A stretch of 64,000 bases of DNA from Caecitellus pseudoparvulus (taxonomy: Eukaryota > Protista > Bigyra: Bicosoecida). The translations under genes and the position numbers were made by a program. Under the pieces are notes generated by a model that saw only the letters and a program-made list of their open reading frames with translations, made no database searches and was not told the origin of the DNA. The DNA is taken from positions 496,001-560,000 of the forward strand of contig CBFFRQ010000043.1 in the NCBI GenBank assembly GCA_965644315.1, given 5' to 3'. Of the stretch, positions 22,139 to 33,300 are shown piece after piece. Position 1 is the stretch's first letter. The number at the start of each line of letters is the position of its first letter.

Positions 22139-24451
22139 ATGGCAGCTGCGGCCGACCCAGCTGCAGGCGCGGGCTGTGACCTCGGCGGGCTACGAGTTCC
22201 AGGACCAACGACACCAGTTCAGCCTGTCCGGGCCGCGCTCGTGTGCAAAGTCCCGGCCCAGGACCCGTCAACTGCGGCCTATTTCCGCCGACGAGTATGT
22301 GTCCCGGAACCCCTCCCCGCACCTATTCTGTCTGCTGAACGATGATCTTGTCTCCAAGTGCAGGTGTTTAACCAAGAGAACAACATTGACGGCATCGAGA
22401 TCGATGTGCCTACGGCCACTGTGCCAGGTTTGCGCGAGCACTGGCCCGAGCTGCGTAGGCAGCTGCATGCGCAAAAAGTAGCCCTTCCTTCTGGAGCAGT
22501 CGTGGCGGACGCCGAGGCGTTGGCAGCCATCATGGCGTGTCCATACACGCCTGGTGCAGAGTGGGTGATGCAGGTCCAGTCCTTCAAGGGTCGCCTGTTC
22601 CTCTCCTTGCAAGACGGTTCGGCCGAGGACGGCCCCTGCCAGGCGCTGACTCCGGCTCTGGAGCACGCGCTAGCTGGCCAAAGCCCCAGCACTTGCGCTT
22701 CCTCACCAGCTATGGGTGAAGTATGTGTAACTAGCCGGACCCTGCAGGTGGGCGGTGCCCACGAGGTGTTGTGGGTCCTTGACCGCGTGCCGTTCACGAG
22801 GCCGGGCCAGGCCGCTGGGCTGCCTTCCTACATGCAAGTGTGCCCCGCCCTCGCAACGCAAGGCACCGCGAGCGATGCGCTGAGCAAAGGCGAGGCCATT
22901 CGTTTGTACTGTCGGCACTTCCTTGGGGGGGCTGGCAGCGTGGCTGTGGTGCGGTGTGCCACTGGCGGCGGGCGATGCAAGGTCTCGGGGGTGTTCGTGG
23001 AGTCCCCCGAAAGGGTCGCCACACAGGGGGCTTGGTCTCGCACAGCATGCTTGAGTTGGCTGTGTTCCACACTCCAGTGGCTGCGCGGCATCACGGCGGC
23101 GCATGCCGACGCACACGGCGGCTGCACCTTGCTGCTGCGCTGGCATGGCGCCCGTGGCCTGGATGCCACGTTCTCGGCAGGCAGCGCACCGGGCAGTGGC
23201 GGGGACCCTGCAGCCTTTTGCCCGCCTCTTGTGCCCCCCCTGGACATTGCCTCTCTCCTCAGCAAGCGCACACTGTCTGCACCGCTGCCCTTCTCCCTGG
23301 CTAGTGCTGCAGTGCGGGGGGGACACCAAGCCTCCACTGCGTCAGCTGCGGCAGGCAGTGGCGCAGGGAGGCGTCGTATGCCCAAATCCCTCATGTACGA
23401 TAGGTGGGACGAGCCTGAGTTTGCTGGGGCGGGCGTGCAGGGGCAGCGCCTGGCCATCCTCGTTCCCTTCCGGGACCAGCCCGCGCAGAACCGTGGTGCC
23501 CAGCTGGCTGAGTTTGTCCGGCACATGCCAGAGTTCATCGAGAAGCACGTGCGGCCGAGGCCAGCCCAGTGGCGCATCTTCATCATCGAGCAATCCCAAG
23601 ATGGCCATAAGTTTAACCGTGGCAAGCTGCTGAACGTCGGCGCGTACTTGGCAGCCGCAGGCGGGTCCCTTTCCGAGTACATCGGGAAGGAGGTGGATGT
23701 CGCAACCGGATCGTCGCCGGCGCTGCAGACGTCCAATGCCGCCGGCGCCTTCAACGCCTTGTGCCTGCATGACGTGGACCTGCTGCCAGATGCACGCCTG
23801 GGCCCGTGGTACGCGTGCTGGCACAAGTCCATGCCGGTGCACATCGCCGATGTGTGGGACAGGTACGCCAGCCTGGGCAACGTGTATGTGGGCGGCGTCC
23901 TGAACATGCCGCTGGAGTCCTTCCAGGCCTGCAACGGCTTTCCCAACGTGTTTTGGGGCTGGGGCGGGGAGGATGACGCCCTTTCCACACGCATGCGAGC
24001 CAAAGGAGTGGAGGTGATCAAACTCCCTGACACCCTGGCTGGCTCCCTCACTGACTTGGAGGACCGCATGATCGCGGCGAGTGGTGGTGAGCGCGCCGGC
24101 ACCAAGCTGTCCGAGAACGGGCGCCCAGAGTGGGTGAACATGACCAAGAAGGAGCTGCTCATGCTGGAGCGCCCCTCTGTGCGCGGGCAGGAGCAGAAGT
24201 GGTCCACCTGGGATGGCATGGCTTCGTTGAACTTCAAGGTTCAAGCTGTGGCGGACATGGCGCCGGGCGTGACCCGCATCACAGTGGACTTGCTGGCGGA
24301 CAAGGACCCCTTCGCAGCGAAAGAGGTCAGGGAGGCCTTAAAACAGTACACAGGCGCGGCGGCGCAGAAGATGCAGCACATCAAAGGCCTGCGGCAGGAG
24401 GAGGCCGCCCCTCCCCAAGCCAAGCGACCTCGAAAAGACACTGGGCCGTGA
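22139..24451 (+). CDS. Fusion protein: degenerate DXO/Rai1-like domain plus GT7 (beta-1,4-galactosyltransferase-like) domain
   Basis: Exon 22139-22294, intron 22295-22363, then one open frame. GT7 motifs: LAILVPFRD, IIEQ, FNRGKLLNVG, LHDVDLLP, YVGGV, NGFPNVFWGWGGEDD. N-terminal half has AIMACPYTPGAEWVMQVQSFKGRLFLS, resembling Rai1/DXO. Confidence 0.8.
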
Positions 24452-24879
24452 AGGTTTCTACTCTACGCCCTCCTCGGGGGTCACACGTTTCCGCGGAGCC
24501 GGGGACGCGAGCCGCCTGCCCACGGCATGCACGCATAGGTGCAATTGGGATCAAGTCCTGCATTGAAAACTGTCTTGAAGGGCCCCCTTGGAGGCTGAGT
24601 ACGGAACCTTGTGCGCACTCACCCGGCAGCCTCATGCGTGTCTGCTGCTGGGCGAGGAATGCCTTCAATGCACCGCCCACCCCTTGAGCTCCATGGACTG
24701 AGCACTATCTTGTAGGAGGTGTTGTGCCAGCTGCACTGCAGTGCTGTGCGCTGTGACTTGGCAGTCACTGCGGCAATTCAAATCCTACACACGCCTGGTG
24801 CACTCACATTTTTGCTTCGAACGAACGGAAGCAGGACAGCCCCGTATCCCCCCCCCCTGCGCGCAACAGCGCGTGCACC

Positions 24880-26297
24880 ATGGCGGCATGCGAAGCTCCA
24901 AGTGGTGCAGTGTCGCTGGCCAGCAGCTCCACGAGCGTCGCGGCAGAGCAGCTTCGCACCGCAGCGAGCTCCCTCCCAGCCATCTCCAGTGTCCCCGTGC
25001 AGTCGTCTCGCCAAGATGTCCGCGAGTTGCGAGATACCCTATGGAACTTTGTGCATGAAGATTGCATCCCAGCAGAGAAAGAATGGGCGGCATTCATGGC
25101 GGGCTTGCCGCCTTCTCGGCGATTTGCAGTGTCTGAAGTGCCGGTGGTAACGCGGCTGAAACGCCGTGCCAAACAGCTCGGCCTCTGGAACCTGTGGATG
25201 ACTGAAGAGTACCCCATGAGCACAGCGAAGCTGACTCTGTCTGAGTATGCTCCGCTGTGTGAAATCATGGGCCGGAGCTTTCTCGCTCCAGAGGTGAGTT
25301 GGCATCGCCTTCAGCTGCGAGCAGCCGGCTTCAAGCACAGTGCTGCCCTCGCGCACAGGCATGCAACTGCAGTGCTCCCGACACGGGGAACATGGAGGTG
25401 CTGGCAAAGTACGGGACGGAGCAACAGCAGCGACAGTGGCTGGAGCCGCTCCTTGCCGGGGACATCCGCTCTGCCTTCTTGATGACTGAGCCCGACGTGG
25501 CGTCCAGTGATGCAACCAACATCGGCACGACCATTGAGCGCCGAGGTGACTCGTACGTCATCAACGGCCGCAAGTGGTGGTCCACTGGCGCCGTGTCCCC
25601 TCGGTGCAAAGTGGCCATCGTCATGGGCAAGACAGACCCCAGTGCTTCTGCCCACAAGCAGCAGAGCATGGTGCTTGTGCCGATGGACACCGCTGGCGTC
25701 AAGGTGGAGCGCGCGCTCACCGTCTTCGGCTACGATGACGCACCAGAAGGCCACGCTGAAGTGTCCCTCACAGATGTCGTGGTGCCTGCGTCCAACATCC
25801 TGCTGGGGGAGGGGCGCGGATTCGAGATCGCGCAGGGGCGCCTGGGCCCCGGCCGCATTCACCACTGCATGCGTGCCATCGGGTCTGCGGAGCGGGTGCT
25901 GGATGCAATGCTGGGGCGGGTCACCACGCGCAAGGCGTTTGGGAAGCCACTGGCCAGGCAGGGCACCATCCAAGCTGACATCGCCGCCAGCCGCATCGAT
26001 ATCGAGGCTGCCAGGCTGTTGGTGCTGGCTTGCGCAGCCCAAGTGGATGCCGTAGGTGGCAAGGCAGCCCGGAAGTGGGTGGCCATGATCAAGGTCTTCG
26101 TCCCGTCAGCTGTGCAGCGCGTGGCAGACCGGGCCATCCAGGCATTTGGCGCTGCTGGCGTGAGCCAGGACACCCTGCTGGCGCGAGTGTTTGCCGGAAT
26201 GAGGTCTCTTCGCATCGCAGATGGCCCTGACGAAGTGCACGCGCGGACTGTGGCGCTGCTTGAGCTGCGGGAGTACCTCACAGCCGCCAAGCTGTAG
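24880..26297 (+). CDS. Acyl-CoA dehydrogenase, ACAD10/11-type, probably peroxisomal
   Basis: [69 protein letters not shown]. One intron at about 25294-25358. C-terminal AKL is a PTS1. Confidence 0.93.
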
Positions 26298-26478
26298 CTC
26301 GAAGCAGTGCAAGCGGACTGCCAAATGCATGTTGCAGCACAACGGCTGGGCGGCTGCGCAGGCCACTTGCTCAATTCGCAGCTGGTATGCAATCCAGGGG
26401 GTGGTTGACGCGGGCGCTTGTGTTGTGCCAGCTTCTCGCAAACGTTGTCGGTGACTGTCCCACTCAGGTTGGACCAGC

Positions 26479-29400
26479 ATGGAGGGGGTACCGACTTGCT
26501 CCTCATGCGGGAGCGCTGATTGGGACGTGAATGAGGCGACAGGCGACACCGTGTGCACAGCATGCGGTTTTGTGATGGAGCAGAACGCAATCGTGTCGAA
26601 GGTGGAGTTCACAGAGACGGCAGGAGGAGCGAGGTGGGTGCATGGCAGCGTTTCAAACGCAAAACGAAACGCCGACGCCTCCACGCTCGCATGGCGCCTC
26701 GGCCTCACACCTTCACAGCACGTTCGTCGGGTCATTCGTCCCTTCCACGTCAACCAAGCCGTATTCCTCAGCTGCTGGTGGCTTTGGACTGTCCAGGGAG
26801 TCTCGAGATGTGAGCTTCCAGGCTGGCTCGGGCCTCCGTTCCAGGATAGCCACTGCTCCCCCCTCCCCCCCCCCATTTGCAGATCGCCATCGACCGAGGG
26901 CAGCGAGTGATTCAGCAGATTGCGTCCACGATGCGCTTATCTTCAGTGAGCTGCCGCGTGCCCCCGGAAGCGCGTCCGCTCGCCTCGACACGCCGCTTCC
27001 ACCCTCTGCGCGGCCGCACAGCACGTCGTGGACGCTGCTCACCGCATTTTCATCCTTGCCATTGAAAAGAACTTCGTGCAGGGGCGCCTCACCACGAATG
27101 TGGCTGCTTCTTGTCTTTACATCGTGTGTCGCCGCGAAAAGTCGCCCCACATGCTGCTGGACTTCTCTGAGGCTCTGCAGGAGAACGTGTTCAAGCTGGG
27201 CAGAACCTTCGTCCCGCTGTGCAAGGAGCTGGGGCTCAGCCTCCCCACTGTGGACCCGTCCTTGTACATCCACCGCTTCGCCAGTCGCCTGAGCCTGGGC
27301 GAGGGCGCGCAGGAGGTGGCCATGACTGCCCTCCGCATCGTGGCGCGCATGTGCCGCGACTGGATCGTCGCTGGCCGCAAGCCCTCCGGGGCCTGCGGTG
27401 CTGCGCTGCTCATCGCAGTGCGCGTGCATGGCTTCCGCCGCACGCGAGGGCAAGTTCTGCAGGCGCTGCGCATCGTGGACACCACCCTGCGCAACCGCCT
27501 GGCCGAGTTCGAAGCGACGTCTGCGGGAGACGTGGCTGTGGAGGACTTGGAGGCGCTGGACGCGCCTGGTGGGGGTGCAGCAGACCCCCCTTCGTTCATT
27601 CGAGGCCGCTTGAAGGACGAGCTGGGCATCCGGCACCACCACCTCGTGCAGGACGGCAGCCCAGAGGCCCTGGCTGAGCTGAGGGGCGGAGACCCCCTGG
27701 CCGGTGGATACGTCACTGCCGACACCCTGGCCATGATTGACGCGAGCAACGTGTTGCGGGAGGAGGAGCTGGCCCGCCGTGCGCTGCAGCGCGGCCTGGT
27801 CGTGCTGGATGACGATGGCATGCAGGCCAGGCTGCCGTCACTGCCAGCGAGTGCTGGGGCACAGTCCGGCAGCGCAAGCGGCGCTGCTTCCACCGCGCTG
27901 GTACCAGTGGCCCCAAGCACAGCTGTCGTGCCTAGAGCAGAGGGCGAACTTGTCCCCGCCAGCACCCCTCGCCTGCCCAGGTCACAGCTGCACGAGCGTG
28001 GGTACAAGGCGCTGGTGGCCCAGATCTGCGCCGAGCCGACAGCCTTACGCAAGGTGGCTCGCGTCATCCCTCCCTCCACGGCGCGACACCTCAAGGCAGA
28101 GGCCATCTTGAACATGAATTGGGGCAAGGGGCGCCGGACAGGTGTCCAGCGCTCCGACTCTGCGCGGGTGGCTGCAAGCGCTCTGTCCCTGCGCAAGAAC
28201 CGTTTGAACCGCATCCGCCGGGACATCTTGGCAAGTCGCATTGCACGTCGCAAGCGACGGCGCCGGCGGCGAGGGCACCGGGCTGTGCCGCTGGGCGTGG
28301 AGGGCATGGTGCTGCCCACGGTCGGGTGGGGCAGCCGGGTGGACTCAGACAGCGAGACATCCGACGGGAGTTCCGACGGCGCACCGCCGCCACCCCCCAT
28401 CAAGTGGAAAGATGTGCTGGAGTTGCCATCGCACGACAGCAGCGACTCGGAGTGGGAGTACGCGGAGCACGTGCCCCTGGGCGTGGCGCCTCCCCTCACA
28501 CCGTCCCTCACAGCAGGCCCCTTGCCCAAGCCCAAACACGTGCACCCTTACGCGCTGAGAGCAGATGATATCCTGTGGGGTGGGCAGCACCAAGCCCTGC
28601 TCCAAGAAGACTGGCTTGTTCCTGAGGACTTGCCGGAGCTGTCCGAGGGCGACTCGGGCGACGAGCAGAGGGAGGCGAAGCTGCCCAGAAAAGCCACAGT
28701 TCTGGCGCCCCCCAAGCCAGTGTCTGTTGGGAAGCCGGGGGCGTCCCAAATCAGCGCCAGCACTGCCATGCCTGCGGTCGACGGCGTCCCCGGCAGTGAG
28801 CTGGGCGACGGCGCTGGGGAGTTGCCTGAGGAGGAGTGGCCTGGACCACTGGATGAGGCCACCGAGGCCCTCGTCAAGCTGCGGTACTCGCACCTGTACG
28901 GGCAGCGCCCCGACTCCAGCAGTGACGAGGAGGATGACCCTGAAGGCGGAGATGCCACGGCCTGGTCCAGTGTGGGGGATGGGGCGCACCGCCCAGCCAC
29001 CGCGCCCCTGGCCCGCCAGACGTCCCCCGAAGAGGCTGCCATGTATCAGGACATCGCAAACACCCTGGCACAGCGTCTCATCGAGCTGCGTAGTAAGGCA
29101 GAGGGCAAGAAGGAGGCGGGGGCCGCGCTTCTTGCGCTTGTCCCGGCCTCTGACCGATCCCAGGCGGCGCTGGCAGCCCAGCTGCTGTCGCCTGTGCAGA
29201 GCAAGGCCGCCTCCCACGTCGGCGCGGGGGCGCACCAGGTGAGCCTGCAAGGCGCCACCTCCCAGGACCTCATTAAGGATGCCAACGCCGACTTCGCCGT
29301 GCCGGGTGCGGGGGACCCCACGGACGACCTGTCCGCTCTGGACGCCGAGCTGGGAGACGTGTTCCTGCCTCAGCAAGAAGTGAAGCAGCGCCAGGTGGTG

Positions 29401-29919
29401 TGGGAAGGGCTGCATGGCGAGTACATGAACGACCTGGCCCAGCGCATCTCAGAGGGCAAGGTCTTGCCTCGCAAGCGGCGGCGGCGGCCGGGCGACGCGC
29501 CGCCAGTGGACGCGGAGGTGCTGGATGCCAGCGCCGCTGCCGCCGCCGTGCAGGCCATGGTGGCATCCCGGGCCACGTCCCGAAAGTTGAACTACGACGT
29601 CGTGCAGGGTATGCGGGCGGCCTTTGCGGGCCTCTCCGCGTCCGCGAGCAAGGCAGATGGCGAGGAAGACCTGGATGACGTGCTGGGGCTGGGAGACGAG
29701 GAGGAGGAGGAGGAGGGCGGGCCGCTGGGGGAGGCTGGAGCACCGCAGGGGGCCTCAGGAGTGGACCGCTTGGGCATGCTCGGCGGACGGAAGCGCCCCA
29801 GGGCGGCGTCTGTGTCCCTCGTTGTGGGCGAGGAAGACGATGACGACGAGGAGGAGGATGAGGGCGGCGGGTTAGCCAGCCGCATCCTGGGCGGCACAGC
29901 CTGGGGCGCGGATTCGTGA
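26479..29919 (+). CDS. BRF1: TFIIIB subunit BRF1; multi-exon
   Basis: Zinc ribbon CSSC...CTACG, cyclin folds (NFVQGR, CLYIVCRREK, DPSLYIHRF, DWIVAGRKPSGACGAAL) and C-terminal TBP-binding block (EVKQRQVVW...SRKLNYD). Confidence 0.92.
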
Positions 29920-30397
29920 AAGTTGCTGGGTCAAGCGGGGAACGAGGCACACTCTGCGTGGACCACGTGCATGATTCGCCCTGCGCCGTCGCGAACCGCA
30001 GAGAGTCGCACGCTGGAACATGCCCAGGGCTGGCGACCGTGTCACAGACCTCCCGAGCATGGTGCGCGCGAGGTCGCAAGCTGCACAGTCAGGATGCGCC
30101 AATGTACCACTGTTTCCATCATACTGCGCTGCTTGGCGTTCTGGGAGCAAAGCTCGAACGAGTCTACGGACACGAGAGCGCTCGATATTTCACCCCCCCC
30201 CACAAAGAAGTGCATGAAGCGGCACTGCAGTGGTTTGCTAGGACCAAGACACTGATACCAGCCATAAAGACGGTGTCTCGGCGCACGGCACGCCCCAGCA
30301 CTGTCTGGCCTTGGCACAAGGTGTGCGCACTGCGAATCGAAGCCTGACCAAGCGGGCGAGGAGGCCAGACGCTGACGGCACTGCGGGAAAGGGCGCA

Positions 30398-33300
30398 ATG
30401 GCGGGGGCAGTGCAGCTGACTGTGATGCGCCTCTTGCAAGAGGTGAATCCTGAGTTGGATCATGATGTCGACGTGAGAGCGCGCTGCACAGCTGCAGGCC
30501 ACGCCCGTGCAGGACGACCAACTTCCGCACTTTCGCAGCGTGCTCGGGAGGCGCTGGAGGAACTCGCCGGAGAGGGAGAGGCACAGCTGCACTGGTTGAT
30601 GGAGTGTTTGATTACGGCCATGGGCAACGATGACCTCCCGCACATCCGACGGGAAGCTGCCATCATGCTGCTGGACCCGTTCATCCTGGAGCTGCAGGAG
30701 GCGGGCCACCTTGTGGAGCCATGTCTGCAGAGCTTCATGTCATGCCTGGAGTCGCCGGTGCCCAGCTTGCGCACTTGCGGTGCGCAAGGCTTCCTGGACT
30801 TACATGACGCCCTGGACCAGCTGCCAGAGTACCAAGCAGTGCTGGAGGACCTCTGCTCTTGCATCGTGCAGGCCAGCGTGGAGTGGGTCAAGAGTGACTA
30901 CGGCACAGCCCCTGGAAAGGAGGACTTCGAGCTGACCAGCAAGCAGACGGGCGCGCTGCTCTTGCTGAATTTCATGGTGGATGAGGGGCTGCCCCTCATC
31001 GAGCGCCCCTGGCTGCTGCCTGCCGTGCTGCAGCTGTGCATCCTGTCGCCGCAGGAAGCTGCCTGCTTCCCCCACCGGTCCTCCGACATCATCAGCACAT
31101 CCCAGGCGACAGACCAAGCACGGGCACTGGTCACTCGGTACGGAGCAGCCCTTCCCGGTGTGCAGCTGCATGTGGGGGCTGAGCCCGCCAGCACCGCAGC
31201 GGGCGTGACCACAGTCGGCAGCTCCTGGTTGCGGGCTCCCGCTGCGGTGGCTGACAGCGTCATTTTCACCACCGGCCAGCTGCAAGGCGAGGGCCAGGTG
31301 AAGTTCACTCGCACGCCACGCGTGCTGGCGACGCTGCTGCTGGGCCACGCCTTCAGCCTCGCCCTGGCCGGCGAGCGTGACTGGCGAGACACCATTCTCC
31401 GCACCTTCGCCCAGGTTGTGGTGGGGCAGTGGTTGTTTGGGGAGGGCACAGATGCCGTGTCTGTGCGCAAACGCGAGGCCGCCCTGTCCCTCCTCAGCTT
31501 CATCGGCCGTGAAACTGAGACAGCCATCGACGAGGGGGAGGAGCCCCCCGAGTCTGTCTTGCTGATCCCCCTCTCCCTCCCACGCATTCTGCGGCTGACC
31601 TTCCCCGCCTACGAGCCCTCCTTCATGGTGCGGTCTGCCGCGGTACTGGCGCTGCAGGGCCTCATCCCTGTTCTGAACGGTCTCCTGCGTCAGGCAGACG
31701 GACTGCCCGCCACGCCGCAGAACAAGGAGGTGGAGCTGGTCAAGTGCAAGTACCACGCTGGGCTGGATTTGGAAGGCGCGGTGCTGCGCCCTCCTGCCCA
31801 GCCAGATACGCAGCAGTGTGTCTTGCCAGGTCCCTGGGCCTCTTCTGCCACCCCTGACTTGCTGCTGCTCCTGGGAGGTGAAGACCGCGCCCGAGGGTGG
31901 GTGTCTGGCCTCCCCCCCATGCCAGCTTGGATGAAAGGCTCGCCAGTGGACCCCACCACCCTGGTCGTCGACTTCCTCAGCGGCATGATGCGAAGCGGCG
32001 CTGAAGAGGCAGCTGCGCTTACCGACACACAAGCCACTGAAGGCGGTTCCGCTGCACCCCCTCCACCTCCGCCCACGGCGCAGCCCGATGCCATGCAGGA
32101 GGCTGTTCCTGGCTCCCCTGAAGCGCATTCTCCTGGGGGCTGGGACACGTTGGAGGGCTGTGGCATGGACGAAGGCGATGACGCGTTTGATGAAGACGTG
32201 CCGGGCGGTGATGAAGACGCCCCGCCTGCAGAGGAGGATGCTCCCGTGGCAGCAGCGCCACCTCCTCCAGGAGGGGCGGCTGCTGGCCCCACCAGCTGCA
32301 GCAGCGACCCATACGGGTCCCCAGCTGCTCGCGGGCTCGTGCAAGGGGCTCTTCCCCAGAGTCTGCCAGATCTGCGCGTGTTCGCGTGGGATGCCTACAA
32401 CTCAAAGTACGCACTGCCCCCTGGGCCGGAGCTGGCAGCAGTGCTGGGCCTGGACACGAGCGACTCTGCCATGGTCCGCCATGGTGCCGACCCGAATGGA
32501 GCCCTTGCCTTTGTCTTGGAGAAAGACGCACAAGCCGCTCTGAATCTGCCGGACTCTGAGAAGTGGAGTGTGGACATTGACCCTGCAAGTGAGCCATACG
32601 ACGGCAGCTTCGAGCAGCAGATGCTCTGCGCCTTGCTCGTGAACAACCAGCCCGACTGCCCGCAGTACTGGGCTCAAAGCATGATGGAGGCAGATGCAGG
32701 CACCTTCCGAATGCTGTTCCGGGTACCGTACCGTCTGCGTGTGGCGGCAGTTGCGGCAACCTTGAACGTTGCATTGCCCGGGCTGGTGTCTGCACTGGGA
32801 GCTGTGGCCAAGCACCGCCGCATGTCTCAGGGTGCCATTGTATCTGCATGGCTCGGATGGCATGCGGCGAAAGGCAGCGGTGGCTTCACCGCTGCCTCAA
32901 GCCTGCCCTCCCTGCCAGTTCTGGGAGATGGTGTGGAAGATGACGCGTGGGCTGTGGAGGCAGACCCATCAGCATCCAGTGCAGCGCTGGCGGCAGCTTG
33001 GATGGCCAAAGCCACCCTGCGTGCTGCGGGGGCCGAGCGCATGCTGACCACCAGCAGCTCTGAGCACGCCCTGCTGGCGCGCCTGGTGGGTGCCCAGACC
33101 ATGCAGGGTCGGTGGCTGAACGGCTCCGTGTGGAGCGCAGTCGGCACCATTCGCAGCGCACACCGCCACACAGTGTACGGCGACGTCGTGCAGAACGTCA
33201 TGGCCAGCGTGGGCCTGGAGCCGACGCTATACAGCATCCCTTCCGTATCACGGGGCGTGCTGGACGCCCTGCTGCCCCTCTGGCACCGCATGCTAGCTCC

